Positions 40,063 to 53,662 of a stretch of 64,000 nt of DNA are shown here, one piece after another. A model generated the notes under the pieces. It was not told where the DNA came from. It did not search any database and saw only the letters and a program-made list of their open reading frames with translations. Numbering within the stretch: the stretch's first letter is position 1; every line of letters starts with the position of its first letter. A program made the translations under genes and the position numbers. Location: NCBI GenBank assembly GCA_964016885.1, contig OZ024764.1:15562001-15626000 (forward strand), in the 5' to 3' direction. The stretch is from Eledone cirrhosa. Taxonomy: Eukaryota.

Positions 40063-40127
40063 TTCTGGTAATTAGAAATGTGGCTATGAAAGGGTTAATA
40101 TATTTATTCAAAATATTTTCTTTTCAG

Positions 40128-40243
40128 ATAATTATTCTGAGCCTTGTTCCCGGTTCAATGGTCAGTTGGGTGATAAGGACCTAACTCCATGGGAGGGAGA
40201 CTTAGAAGATGGCAAGATGACCAGTCTGGACAGCGATGCATCT
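40128..40243 (+). CDS. ATXN2: ATXN2 exon (DNYSEPCSRFNGQLGDKDLTPWEG...LDSDAS)
   Basis: ttttcttttcag acceptor, gtaagt donor; KDLxPW motif; phase 1-0. Confidence 0.93.
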
Positions 40244-40384
40244 GTAAGTAAAGGGTATCTTAATATTGGTGTTTGGTGCTTTTCAGGGCTGGATTTATCA
40301 TTGTTGATTGTACATCTGTAGGGTACTGGGTACCACAGTAAAATACACCCAGTACACTCTATAAAGTGGTAGTACTGGTGTTAT

Positions 40385-40815
40385 AGGACTACATTATCTA
40401 ATGTGTTGTCTTTTATATAGACACAGTCTACCTAGGACTACATTATCTAATGTGTCCTGTCTTATATACAGACACAGTGTACCTAGGACTACATTATCTA
40501 ATGTGTCCTGTCTTATATACAGACACAGTGTATCTAGGACTACATTATCTAATGTGTCCTGTCTTATATACAGACACAGTCTATCTAGGACTACATTATC
40601 TAATGTGTCCTGTCTTATATACAGACACAGTGTACCTAGGACTACATTATCTAATGTGTCCTGTCATATATACAGACACAGTCTATCTAGGACTACATTA
40701 TCTAATGTGTCCTGTCATATATACAGACACAGTCTATCTAGGACTACATTATCTAATGTGTCTTGTCATATATATAGACACAGTGTACCTAGGACTACAT
40801 TATCTAATGTGTCCA
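40385..40815. repeat. 51-bp satellite, block 3
   Basis: Same unit and orientation as block 2. Confidence 0.95.
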
Positions 40816-40874
40816 TTGTTGTAGTTGACATTGCAGAAAGGCTCCATCCATGACCATCCCTCTCTATATTTCAG

Positions 40875-40963
40875 AATGGTTGGGATCCTTCCGACATGTT
40901 CAGAACTAATTATGAGCAGTTCAATGTGATATCTACGTATGATGAAAACTTATCACAATACAC
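40875..40963 (+). CDS. ATXN2: ATXN2 LsmAD exon (NGWDPSDMFRTNYEQFNVISTYDENLSQYT)
   Basis: tatttcag acceptor, gtaagt donor; LsmAD signature; phase 0-2. Confidence 0.96.
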
Positions 40964-41363
40964 GTAAGTACTGTCACACACACACACACACACGTGTTTA
41001 TATTTATATACACACGTGTGTGTGTATATATATATATACACACACACACGTGTTTATATTTATATACACGTGTGTGTGTATATAAATACACACACACACA
41101 CACGTGTGTGTATATATATATGTACACACACACACACACACACCTGTGTGTATATATATATACACACATGTAATTACTATCTATCTCACACATAAATATC
41201 TTTCTCTTTCTCTCTCACACGTGTACTATTGTCTCACACATAACACATAAGTACTGTTTTCCACACGCATACACACATGTAAGCACTGTCTGCCTCTGTC
41301 ACACGCACTTATATATATAGATATATATCTATATATATATATTTATATATAGAGAGATATATA

Positions 41364-41947
41364 TATATATTCCAAAAAAAGTTGGCTGAAGACAATGGTA
41401 AAATGGATGAAACACTGGACAATCTCTTCCCGTCAGTGAACCTCTGGAGGTCTTTGTGATTTCAGGTTATAACGGTCAATACCGATAGCACTACTGGACA
41501 TTAGGACAGTTACTAATGGTCAAAAGACAGGACAATTGGTCTTCTGACGATTTACAAATAGAATAAGATATATATATATGCGTGTGTGTGTGTGATATAT
41601 ATATATCATCATCATCATCATCATCGTTTCAGTCCTATACGAGCAAGACAACCAATCTTGCCTCAAGTGGGAAAACTCCCGTCCAAACCCATGCAAGCGT
41701 GGAAGATGGACGTTAAACGATGATGATGATGATATATATTATATCTTATTCTATTTGTAAATCGTCAGAAGACCAATTGTCCTGTCTTTTGACCATTAGT
41801 AACTGTCCTAATGTCCAGTAGTGCTATTGGTATTGACCGTTATATCTGAAATCACAAAGACCTCTAGAGGTTCACTGACGGGAAGAGATTGTCCAGTGTT
41901 TCTTCCATTTTACCATTGTCTTCGACCAACTTTTTTTGGAATATATA
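41364..41947. repeat. fold-back inverted repeat, ~205-bp arms
   Basis: 41364-41575 is the near-identical reverse complement of 41738-41947. Confidence 0.93.
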
Positions 41948-41957
41948 CCTACCTGTT

Positions 41958-43968
41958 TGTGTGTGTATCTGTCTGTTATCACAGGCCTACATTGTGTCTG
42001 TATCTGTCTGTTATCACAGCTATACATTGTGTCTGTATCTGTCTGTTATCACAGCTATACATTGTGTCTGTATCTGTCTGTTATCACAGCTCTACATTAT
42101 ATGTGTGTATATCTGTCTGTTATCACAGGCCTACATTATATGTGTGTATATCTGTCTCTTATCACAGGTCTACATTATATGTGTGTATATGTGTCTGTTA
42201 TCACAGCTCTACATTATATGTGTGTATATCTGACTGTGTTATCACAGCTCTACATTATATGTGTGTATATCTGTCTGTGTTATCACAGCTCTACATTATA
42301 TGTGTGTATATCTGTCTGTGTTATCACAGCTCTACATTATATGTGTGTATATCTGACTGTGTTATCACAGGCCTACATTATATGTGTGTATATCTGTCTC
42401 TGTTATCACAGCTCTACATTATATGTGTGTATATCTGACTGTGTTATCACAGGCCTACATTATATGTGTGTATATCTGTCTGTGTTATCACAGCTCTACA
42501 TTATATGTGTGTATATCTGTCTGTGTTATCACAGCTCTACATTATATGTGTGTATATCTGACTGTGTTATCACAGGTCTACATTATATGTGTGTATATCT
42601 GACTGTGTTATCACAGGCCTACATTATATGTGTGTATATCTGTCTGTGTTATCACAGCTCTACATTATATGTGTGTATATCTGTCTGTTATCACAGGCAT
42701 ACATTATATGCGTGTATATCTGTCTGTGTTATCACAGCTCTACATTATATGTGTGTATATCTGTCTGTGTTATCACAGGCATACATTATATGTGTGTATA
42801 TCTGTCTGTGTTATCACAGCTCTACATTATATGTGTGTATATCTGTCTGTGTTATCACAGCTCTACATTATATGTGTGTATATCTGTCTCTGTTATCACA
42901 GGTCTACATTATATGTGTATATCTGTCTGTTATCACAGGTCTACATTATATGTGTGTATATCTGTCTGTGTTATCACAGCTCTACATTATATGTGTGTAT
43001 ATCTGACTGTGTTATCACAGCTCTACATTATATGTGTGTATATCTGTCTGTGTTATCACAGCTCTACATTATATGTGTGTATATCTGTCTGTTATCACAG
43101 GCATACATTATATGTGTGTATATCTGTCTGTTATCACAGCTCTACATTATGTGTGTATATCTGTCTGTGTTATCACAGGCCTACATTATATGTGTGTATA
43201 TCTGTCTGTGTTATCACAGGCCTACATTATATGTGTGTATATCTGTCTGTGTTATCACAGGCCTACATTATATGTGTGTATATCTGTCTGTGTTATCACA
43301 GGCCTACATTATATGTGTGTATATCTGTCTCTGTTATCACAGCTCTACATTATATGTGTGTATATCTGACTGTGTTATCACAGGCCTACATTATATGTGT
43401 GTATATCTGTCTGTGTTATCACAGCTCTACATTATATGTGTGTATATCTGTCTCTGTTATCACAACTCTACATTATATGCGCGTATATCTGACTGTGTTA
43501 TCACAGGCCTACATTATATGTGTGTATATCTGTCTGTGTTATCACAGCTCTACATTATATGTGTGTATATCTGTCTGTGTTATCACAGGCCTACATTATA
43601 TGTGTGTATATCTGTCTGTTATCACAGCTCTACATTATATGTGTGTATATCTGACTGTGTTATCACAGGCCTACATTATATGTGTGTATATCTGTCTGTT
43701 ATCACAGCTCTACATTATATGTGTGTATATCTGACTGTGTTATCACAGGCCTACATTATATGTGTGTATATCTGTCTATGTTATCACAGGCCTACATTAT
43801 GTGTGTATATCTGTCTGTGTTATCACAGGCCTACATTATATGTGTGTATATCTGTCTGTGTTATCATAGCTCTACATTATATGTGTGTATATCTGTCTGT
43901 GTTATCATAGCTCTACATTATGTGTGTATATCTGTCTGTGTTATCACAGGCCTACATTATATATATGT
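41958..43968. repeat. ~41-bp minisatellite, ~50 copies
   Basis: ctgtctgtgttatcacaggcctacattatatgtgtgtatat. Confidence 0.96.
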
Positions 43969-43981
43969 GCTGTAATTACAG

Positions 43982-44191
43982 GACTCCATTAGAGAAACGA
44001 GATACTAAGGAGTACAAGGAGCGTGAGGAGGCGGCAGCTAAACTTGCTGAAGAGATTGAGAGAAGTGACAGTTACAAGCATCGGATCTCGTTAGAGAATG
44101 GCGAGGGAGAGGATGAGGAAAAGTTTGCAGCTGTTGTTAAACCAGAACAACAACAACAACAACAACACAGTAGTAACAACCCACCTGGAAG
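43982..44191 (+). CDS. ATXN2: ATXN2 LsmAD exon (TPLEKRDTKEYKEREEAAAKLAEEIE...EEKFAAV...Q6)
   Basis: aattacag acceptor, AAG|gtgag donor; LsmAD signature; phase 2-2. Confidence 0.96.
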
Positions 44192-44243
44192 GTGAGATAG
44201 ATACCTTTAGATTATTTCACCTAATATTGCTGGATTACCCCCA

Positions 44244-44652
44244 GACTTTTTAGATTGTCGACACCTTCGTTGACTTAGAATAAGGGGTATCCTTGACTTT
44301 TTAGATTGTCGACACCTTCATTGACTTGGAATAGGGGGTACCCTTGACTTTTTAGATTGTCGACACCTTCGTTGGCTTAGAATAGGGGGTTCCCTTGACT
44401 TTTTAGATTGTCGACACCTTCGTTGACTTAGAATAAGGGGTTCCCTTGACTTTTTAGATTGTCGACACCTTCGTTGACTTAGAATAGGGGGTTCCCTTGA
44501 CTTTTTAGATTGTCGACACCTTCGTTGACTTAGAATAAGGGGTTCCCTTGACTTTTTAGATTGTCGACACCTTCGTTGACTTATAATAAGGGGTTCCCTT
44601 GACTTTTTAGATTGTCGACACCTTCATTGGCTTAGAATAAAGGGTTCCCTTG
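44244..44652. repeat. 51-bp minisatellite (SalI-containing, unrelated to the other 51-mer), 8 copies
   Basis: gactttttagattgtcgacaccttcgttgacttagaataaggggttccctt. Confidence 0.95.
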
Positions 44653-44760
44653 CCAGAGTTTGGGGTTTTGCCCTTTTCTCAGATATAAAATAAGGGGTTG
44701 GCTTGTATTTGGCTACATAAGGTGGTATTTGTTGTTCATTTGTGTGTGTTTTTGTTTCAG

Positions 44761-45563
44761 AAATGCGGTGCCTCTTCGGAAGGGGTCAAGCCGAGGTGGT
44801 ATGGTAGGCAGCGGGAGCAACAGTAATGTCCGTGTGAGCAACCTGTCTCCAAACAACAACAACAACATGAACACTAGTCAAACAACAGCAGCAGCAGCAG
44901 CAACAGCAGCAGCACTGGGCAACAACAGTAGTAGTAGTAGTATTATTAACAACAACAGCAGCAGCAGCAGCAACAGTGTTAGCAGCAGCAACAGCAGCAG
45001 CAGCAACAACAACAACAACACTACTAACACTGTTGCTACGAGCAACAACAACAGCAGCATCAGCAGCAGCAGCAACAACAACAACCGGGAACTTGTGTGC
45101 AATCCCAGTGGTGGTGGGGGTGGTGGGGGAGTCACTGTGGGGAGCGGTGGCGGCGGCAGCAGCAGCAGCAGTTTACCTGCTTCTTCTGCGTCTACACCGA
45201 CCACCGGGGTACCCCACCATCACCAGCAGCAGCAGCAGCAGCATCATCATCAACAGCAGCACCACCACCAGCAGCAGCAGACACTTGCCCCAGCAGCAGC
45301 AGCAGCGCCACAGCAGCAGCAGCAGCAAGTGACGGCCACAGTTGTGGCTGACTCCAGCCCACCGCAGCCGTCTATTGTTGCCCAACAGATAGCATCAACC
45401 TTACCCCTGCAGCTGCAACAGAATCACAGCAACTACAGCCCCGCCAGAGAGAGTCTCCCGCCCCAACAACAGCAGCAGCAGCAACCACAGGCCCTTCCCC
45501 TCACAAAAAGTCACGATTCTCCGTCAGATTCGCCGAATATGGAACTAATTAAGGTCAACGGAT
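44761..45563 (+). CDS. ATXN2: ATXN2 large low-complexity exon (polyN/S/A/G/Q/H)
   Basis: tttgtttcag acceptor, GGAT|gtaagt donor; 803 nt open frame; phase 2-1 fits both neighbours. Confidence 0.9.
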
Positions 45564-45564
45564 G

Positions 45565-46053
45565 TAAGTTGGTCTTTGAGGTGTTTTGTTGGGGTCCCTT
45601 AAGTTGGTCTTTGAGGTGTTTTGTTGGGGTCCCTTAAGTTGGTCTTTGAGGTGTTTTGTTGGGGTCCCTTAAGTTGGTCTTTGAGGTGTTTTGTTGGGGT
45701 CCCTTAAGTTGGTCTTTGAGGTGTTTTGTTGGGGTCCCTTAAGTTGGTCTTTGAGGTGTTTTGTTGGGGTCCCTTAAGTTGGTCTTTGAGGTGTTTTGTT
45801 GGGGTCCCTTAAGTTGGTCTTTGAGATCTTATGTTGGGGTCCCTTAAGTTGGTCTTTGAGGTCTTTTGTTGGGGTCCCTTAAGTTGGTCTTTGAGGTCTT
45901 TTGTTGGGGTCCCTTAAGTTGGTCTTTGAGATCTTATGTTGGGGTCCCTTAAGTTGGTCTTTGAGGTCTTTTGTTGGGGTCCCTTAAGTTGGTCTTTGAG
46001 GTCTTTTGTTGGGGTCCCTTAAGTTGGTCTTTGAGATCTTATGTTGGGGTCCC
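45565..46053. repeat. 35-bp minisatellite, 14 copies
   Basis: taagttggtctttgaggtgttttgttggggtccct. Confidence 0.96.
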
Positions 46054-46068
46054 ATTCACTACCAACGT

Positions 46069-46580
46069 CCCACAACTCTCAGTCAACCACCCACAACCCC
46101 CAGTCTACCACCCACAACCCTCAGTCTACCACCCACAACTCTCAGTCAACCACCCTCAGTCTACCACCCACAACCCTCAGTCTATCACCCACAACCCTCA
46201 GTCTACCACCCACAACCCTCAGTCTACCACCCACAACCCTCAGTCTATCACCCACAACCCTCAGTCTACCACCCACAACCCTCAGTCTACCACCCACAAC
46301 CCTCAGTCTATCACCCACAACCCTCAGTCTACCACCCACAACCCTCAGTCTACCACCCACAACCCTCAGTCTATCACCCACAACCCTCAGTCTACCACCC
46401 ACAACTCTCAGTCAACCATCCTCAGTCTACCACGCACAACCCTCAGTCTACCACCCACAACCCTCAGTCTACCACCCACAACCCTCAGTCTACCACCCAC
46501 AACCCTCAGTCTACCACCCACAACTCTCAGTCAACCACCCTCAGTCTACCACCCACAACCCTCAGTCTATCACCCTCAGT
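46069..46580. repeat. 21-bp minisatellite
   Basis: ccacccacaaccctcagtcta. Confidence 0.95.
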
Positions 46581-46625
46581 TATCCATTAAACAGTTTAAC
46601 AAAACTATTTTCAAATATTTTGTAG

Positions 46626-46751
46626 CTTCTGATAAAGAAAAGGAGATGGTGAGTGATCGTCCTCATCTTGTGCCTGCCGATAGCAGAGACATCACAGCCA
46701 CGTCACCTTTAGCTTGTCTCGAGGAAACCAGGAGGAATTCCAACTCCAAAG
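46626..46751 (+). CDS. ATXN2: ATXN2 exon (SDKEKEMVSDRPHL...RRNSNSK)
   Basis: attttgtag acceptor, AAG|gtagat donor; phase 1-1. Confidence 0.82.
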
Positions 46752-46754
46752 GTA

Positions 46755-47124
46755 GATAGGTCCTTTTCAGCACAGCATCTCACCACTTGCTGGCGTGGGT
46801 TGGATAGGTCCTTCTCAGCACAGCATCTCACCACTTGCTTGCGTGGGTTGGATAGGTCCTTCTCAGCACAGCATCTCACCACTTGCTGGCGTGGGTTGGA
46901 TAGGTCCTTCTCAGCACAGCATCTCACCACTTGCTTGCGTGGGTTGGATAGGTCCTTCTCAGCACAGCATCTCACCACTTGCTTGCGTGGGTTGGATAGG
47001 TCCTTCTCAGCACAGCATCTCACCACTTGCTGGCGTGGGTTGGATAGGTCCTTCTCAGCACAGCATCTCACCACTTGCTTGCGTGGGTTGGATAGGTCCT
47101 TCTCAGCACAGCATCTCACCACTC
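46755..47124. repeat. 48-bp minisatellite derived from an antisense RTE tail
   Basis: gataggtccttctcagcacagcatctcaccacttgcttgcgtgggttg matches the RTE tail at 9540-9590. Confidence 0.92.
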
Positions 47125-47431
47125 GTCGTCTTCCTTTATCATCTCCTTTGTGTGTGTTTGTGTAAATTATATTTATATACAATATTTGTGAGTTTATATG
47201 TGTGTTGTGTGTGTTTATTTAGAAAGATACATAGACAATAGAATTACAAACACACATGAATCTACACATACATATATATAAAGACACACTTTAGCTGCGA
47301 TTGTGGATGTAAGTAAAATGTGTGCATTTATGCTTAAAATGCACCATTTAACTGGTTCTGTTTGTTTATATTCTGTAATTGTCATCACCCTTTCACACAC
47401 ACACGCTATACACACACACACACACACACAA

Positions 47432-47708
47432 TGGAGGCACGTGACCCGGTGGTAAGGGTGTTGGACTTATGATCGTGGGTTTGATTCCTGGGTTGCATGT
47501 TGTGTTCTTGAGCAAGACACTTCATTTCACGTTGCTCCAGTATACTCAGCTGAAAAATGAGTACCAGCAATAGCTGGGGGTTTAACCCTGCGATGGACTG
47601 GTGCCCTGTCCAGAGGGAAGTCTTGTTCTCTCAGTCGCTCCACGCCATGAAACCGGGATAAGGACTGGCCAAATGAGCCTTCTGGCTTAAGACAGACTTT
47701 AAACTTTA
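47432..47708 (+). mobile_element. full-length tRNA-derived CORE-like SINE
   Basis: Degenerate A/B boxes, cttgagcaagacactt core and (acttta) tail. Confidence 0.8.
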
Positions 47709-47908
47709 ATATATATACAAAGAGAGAGAGAGAACTGACCCCTGCTGATAATGAGAATATCTTGGGACATTGTAAATGCAAGTTACACCAATTTTAGAAT
47801 GATTTAGTCATATTTTTGCACCAGTATATACCATAATATTATATATATAGTTATAAATACTTTACACATAACATCATTTATTAAAATTTATTTTTCCTTT
47901 TCCAACAG

Positions 47909-47958
47909 ATCGAGCTTCAGAAATTCAAGCTTATAAAACCTTTAGTTCACACATTAAG
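47909..47958 (+). CDS. ATXN2: ATXN2 exon (DRASEIQAYKTFSSHIK)
   Basis: ttttccaacag acceptor, AAG|gtgagt donor; resembles the conserved I..LKKF...F.L block; phase 1-0. Confidence 0.88.
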
Positions 47959-48530
47959 GTGAGTTGATGGCGACCTTCAGTACTGTTGGTATTAAACTGT
48001 TGTGATACCAACAAAATGGTTAATCCTTCTACTATCATCCATGCTTTCCAGCCTCTATCTTGTCTAACAGACCACTTTAATGGGTTTCTATTTAAAACTA
48101 ACCCCTAAATGGCTTTTTTCATTGGTGATTGATCAACTTCAGACCCATTTTCGTCACAAATGACCAAGGGTTTTTCCACCTAGAATATTCCCCTCGACAT
48201 CACAAGCCCAAGCAAGGTGTCTTTGTGGAAAACCAGCAGTCACCCATACAAACCAGTCTCTCTCCGTGCCACTGATGTCCAAGACAAAGGCTGATACGGT
48301 TTGACACCAGTGATTATTGTAACTCATTATTACGCTGTATATATACTATATATGCTCTATATATATATTGTCTACAGTATATACACTATATATATATCGT
48401 GTCTACAGTATATATACTATATATACACTATATATATATTTGTACAGTATACATACTATATAAACTACAATATATATGTTGTTGTCCAAGGGAAAGGCAA
48501 TGGCTGATACAGCTTGGCACCAGTGACGTC

Positions 48531-48585
<55 letters not shown>

Positions 48586-48654
48586 CAGTTTATACACTAT
48601 TTCTCTCTTTCTCTCTCTCTCGTCAATGACCATCACAGCTTGGGTTCGGTGATG

Positions 48655-48792
48655 TCAACTCATTTCTACAGCTGAGTGCACTGGAGCGACATGAGATATA
48701 GTGTCTTGCTGAAGGACGCAGTGTATTGCCTGGCCTGGGAATTGAACTGATAACCTCACAATTGTGAATCCCATTTTCTAACTACTAAGCCC
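48655..48792 (-). mobile_element. tRNA-derived SINE fragment
   Basis: Reverse complement of the 26837 family. Confidence 0.65.
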
Positions 48793-48830
48793 CATTTGTT
48801 AATATATATAACTGTATTTCTGTATTCCAG

Positions 48831-48928
48831 TTAGACAAGGTGGAAAAGACGGAGCGTCAGGAGAAACCAGATGAGAGGAAGGAAGCGGAGAAAACCAAGG
48901 AGTTTGAAAAGACAGATAAACTATCGCA
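48831..48928 (+). CDS. ATXN2: ATXN2 charged-linker exon (LDKVEKTERQEK...DKLSQ)
   Basis: tattccag acceptor, gtaact donor; phase 0-2. Confidence 0.85.
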
Positions 48929-48946
48929 GTAACTATCAAGCTACAT

Positions 48947-51900
48947 CTATCTAGGAGTACATCATTTAATGTCTTGTATTTTATACAGACACAGTCTACC
49001 TAGGACTACATTATCTAATGTGTCCTGTCTTATATACAGACACAGTCTACCTAGGACTACATTATCTAATGTGTCCTGTCTTATATACAGACACAGTCTA
49101 TCTAGGACTACATTATCTAATGTGTCCTGTCTTATATACAGACACAGTCTACCTAGGACTACATTATCTAATGTGTCCTGTCTTATATACAGACACAGTC
49201 TATCTAGGACTACACTATCTAATGTGTCCTGTCTTATATACAGACACAGTGTACCTAGGACTACATTATCTAATGTGTCCTGTCTTATATACAGACACAG
49301 TGTACCTAGGACTACATTATCTAATGTGTCCTGTCTTATATACAGACACAGTGTATCTAGGACTACATTATCTAATGTGTCCTGTCTTATATACAGACAC
49401 AGTGTACCTAGGACTACACTATCTAATGTGTCCTGTCATATATACAGACACAGTATATCTAGGACTACATTATCTAATATGTCCTGTCTTATATACAGAC
49501 ACAGTGTACCTAGGACTACATTATCTAATGTGTCCTGTCTTATATACAGACACAGTCTACCTAGGACTACATTATCTAATGTCCTGTCTTATATACAGAC
49601 ACAGTCTATCTAGGACTACATTATCTAATGTCCTGTCTTATATACAGACACAGTGTATCTAGGACTACATTATCTAATGTGTCCTGTCTTATATACAGAC
49701 ACAGTCTACCTAGGACTACATTATCTAATGTCCTGTCTTATATACAGACACAGTCTATCTAGGACTACATTATCTAATGTCCTGTCTTATATACAGACAC
49801 AGTGTATCTAGGACTACATTATCTAATGTGTCCTGTCTTATATACAGACACAGTCTACCTAGGACTACATTATCTAATGTCCTGTCTTATATACAGACAC
49901 AGTCTATCTAGGACTACATTATCTAATGTCCTGTCTTATATACAGACACAGTGTATCTAGGACTACATTATCTAATGTGTCCTGTCTTATATACAGACAC
50001 AGTGTATCTAGGACTACATTATCTAATGTGTCCTGTCTTATATACAGACACAGTCTATCTAGGACTACATTATCTAATGTGTCCTGTCTTATATACAGAC
50101 ACAGTCTATCTAGGACTACATTATCTAATGTGTCCTGTCTTATATACAGACACAGTGTATCTAGGACTACATTATCTAATGTGTCCTGTCATATATACAG
50201 ACACAGTGTATCTAGGACTACATTATCTAATGTGTCCTGTCTTATATACAGACACAGTCTATCTAGGACTACATTATCTAATGTGTCCTGTCTTATATAT
50301 AGACACAGTCTACCTAGGACTACATTATCTAATGTGTCCTGTCTTATATACAGACACAGTCTACCTAGGACTACACTATCTAATGTGTCCTGTCTTATAT
50401 ACAGACACAGTCTACCTAGGACTACACTATCTAATGTGTCCTGTCTTATATAGACACAGTGTACCTAGGACTATAATATCTAATGTGTCCTGTCTTGTAT
50501 ACAGACACAGTCTACCTAGGACTACAGTATCTAATGTGTCCTGTCTTATATAGACACACAGTGTATCTAGGACTACATTATCTGTGTCTTGTCTTATATA
50601 CAGACACAGTCCACCTAGGACTACACTATCTAATGTGTCCTGTCTTATATACAGACACAGTCTATCTAGGACTACAGTATCTAATGTGTCCTGTCTTATA
50701 TAGACACAGTGTACCTAGGACTATAATATCTAATGTGTCCTGTCTTATATACAGACACAGTCTACCTAGGACTACAGTATCTAATGTGTCCTGTCTTATA
50801 TACAGACACAGTCTATCTAGGACTACATTATCTAATGTGTCCTGTCTTATATACAGACACAGTCTATCTAGGACTACATTATCTAATGTGTCCTGTCTTA
50901 TATACAGACACAGTCTATCTAGGACTACATTATCTAATGTGTCCTGTCTTATATACAGACACAGTGTATCTAAGACTACATTATCTAATGTGTCCTGTCT
51001 TATATACAGACACAGTCTACCTAGGACTACATTATCTAATGTGTCCTGTCTTATATACAGACACAGTCTATCTAGGACTACAGTATCTAATGTGTCCTGT
51101 CTTATATACAGACACAGTGTATCTAGGACTACATTATCTAATGTGTACTGTCTTATATACAGACACAATGTATCTAGGACTACATTATCTAATGTGTCCT
51201 GTCTTATATACAGACACAGTGTACCTAGGACTACATTATCTAATGTGTACTGTCTTATATACAGACACAGTGTACCTAGGACTACACTATCTAATGTGTC
51301 CTGTCTTATATACAGACACAGTGTATCTAGGACTACATTATCTGTGTCTTGTCTTATATACAGACACAGTCCACCTAGGACTACACTATCTAATGTGTCC
51401 TGTCTTATATACAGACACAGTGTATCTAGGACTACATTATCTAATGTGTCCTGTCTTATATACAGACACGGTGTATCTAGGACTACATTATCTGTGTCTT
51501 GTCTTATATACAGACACAGTCCACCTAGGACTACACTATCTAATGTGTCCTGTCTTATATACAGACACAGTGTATCTAGGACTACATTATCTAATGTGTC
51601 CTGTCTTATATACAGACACGGTGTATCTAGGACTACATTATCTGTGTCTTGTCTTATATACAGACACAGTCCACCTAGGACTACACTATCTAATGTGTCC
51701 TGTCTTATATACAGACACAGTATATCTAGGACTACATTATCTAATGTGTCCTGTCTTATATACAGACACAGTGTACCTAGGACAACATTATCTAATGTGT
51801 CCTGTCTTATATACAGACACAGTGTATCTAGGACTACATTATCTAATGTGTCCTGTCTTATATACAGACACAGTGTATCTAGGACAACATTATCTAATGT

Positions 51901-53482
51901 GTCCTGTCTTATATACAGACACAGTCTATCTAGGACTACATTATCTAATGTGTCCTGTCTTATATACAGACACAGTGTATCTCGGATTACATTATCTAAT
52001 GTGTCCTGTCTTATATACAGACACAGTGTATCTAGGACTACATTATCTAATGTGTCCTGTCTTATATACAGACACAGTGTATCTAGGACTACAATATCTA
52101 ATGTGTCCTGTCTTATATACAGACACAGTCTACCTAGGACTACACTATCTAATGTGTCCTGTCTTATATACAGACACAGTGTATCTAGGACTACATTATC
52201 TAATGTGTCCTGTCTTATATACAGACACAGTGTATCTAGGACAACATTATCTAATGTGTCCTGTCTTATATACAGACACAGTCTATCTAGGACTACATTA
52301 TCTAATGTGTCCTGTCTTATATACAGACACAGTGTATCTAGGATTACATTATCTAATGTGTCCTGTCTTATATACAGACACAGTGTATCTAGGACTACAT
52401 TATCTAATGTGTCCTGTCTTATATACAGACACAGTGTATCTAGGACTACATTATCTAATGTGTCCTGTCTTATATACAGACACAGTGTATCTAGGACTAC
52501 ATTATCTAATGTGTCCTGTCTTATATACAGACACAGTCTACCTAGGACTACATTATCTAATGTGTCCTGTCTTATATATAGACACAGTGTATCTAGGACT
52601 ACATTATCTAATGTGTCCTGTCTTATATACAGACACAGTGTATCTAGGACTACATTATCTAATGTGTCCTGTCATATATACAGACACAGTGTATCTAGGA
52701 CTACATTATCTAATGTGTCCTGTCTTATATACAGACACAGTGTATCTAGGACTACAATATCTAATGTGTCCTGTCTTATATACAGACACAGTCTACCTAG
52801 GACTACATTATCTAATGTGTCCTGTCTTATATACAGACACAGTCTACCTAGGACTACATTATCTAATGTGTCCTGTCTTATATACAGACACAGTGTATCT
52901 AGGACTACATTATCTAATGTGTCCTGTCTTATATACAGACACAGTGTATCTAGGACTACATTATCTAATGTGTCCTGTCTTATATACAGACACAGTCTAC
53001 CTAGGACTACATTATCTAATGTGTCCTGTCTTATATACAGACACAGTCTACCTAGGACTACATTATCTAATGTGTCCTGTCTTATATACAGACACAGTCT
53101 ACCTAGGACTACATTATCTAATGTGTCCTGTCTTATATACAGACACAGTGTATCTAGGACTACATTATCTAATGTGTCCTGTCTTATATACAGACACAGT
53201 GTATCTAGGACTACATTATCTAATGTGTCCTGTCTTATATACAGACAGTGTACCTAGGACTATAATATCTAATGTGTCCTGTCTTATATACAGACACAGT
53301 CTACCTAGGACTACATTATCTAATGTGTCCTGTCTTATATACAGACACAGTGTATCTAGGACTACATTATCTAATGTGTCCTGTCTTATATACAGACACA
53401 GTGTATCTAGGACTACATTATCTAATGTCTCCTGTCTTATATACAGACACAGTGTATCTAGGACTACATTATCTAATGTGTC
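48947..53482. repeat. 51-bp satellite, block 4 (~89 copies)
   Basis: Same unit; fills almost the whole intron before the PAM2 exon. Confidence 0.97.
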
Positions 53483-53598
53483 GTTCTTTCTCATTGTTTA
53501 GCCCCAGGTCAGTTATAATCCAACAGACCTATGATCCAAGACATTCCAGATATGACCATCCTGACACTCCATTTAATCTTTCTATCCTTCTCTTCCAG

Positions 53599-53662
53599 AA
53601 AAGTGAAAAATTCCACCTTAAACCCCAATGCAAAGGAATTCAATCCAAAGACATATCCACAG
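53599..53662 (+). CDS. ATXN2: ATXN2 PAM2 exon (KVKNSTLNPNAKEFNPKTYPQ)
   Basis: ctcttccag acceptor, CAG|gtttgt donor; canonical PAM2 PABP-binding motif. Confidence 0.96.

Noticed and set aside
41821-43975. Cys-rich 350-430 aa ORFs
   Set aside because: Translations of the 41-bp minisatellite.
48969-53501. Very long ORFs (up to 924 aa) of YLGLHYLMCPVLYTDTV / RTTLSNVSCLIYRHS repeats
   Set aside because: They are translations of a 51-bp intronic satellite, open in two frames only because the unit is a multiple of 3 and lacks stops in those frames.
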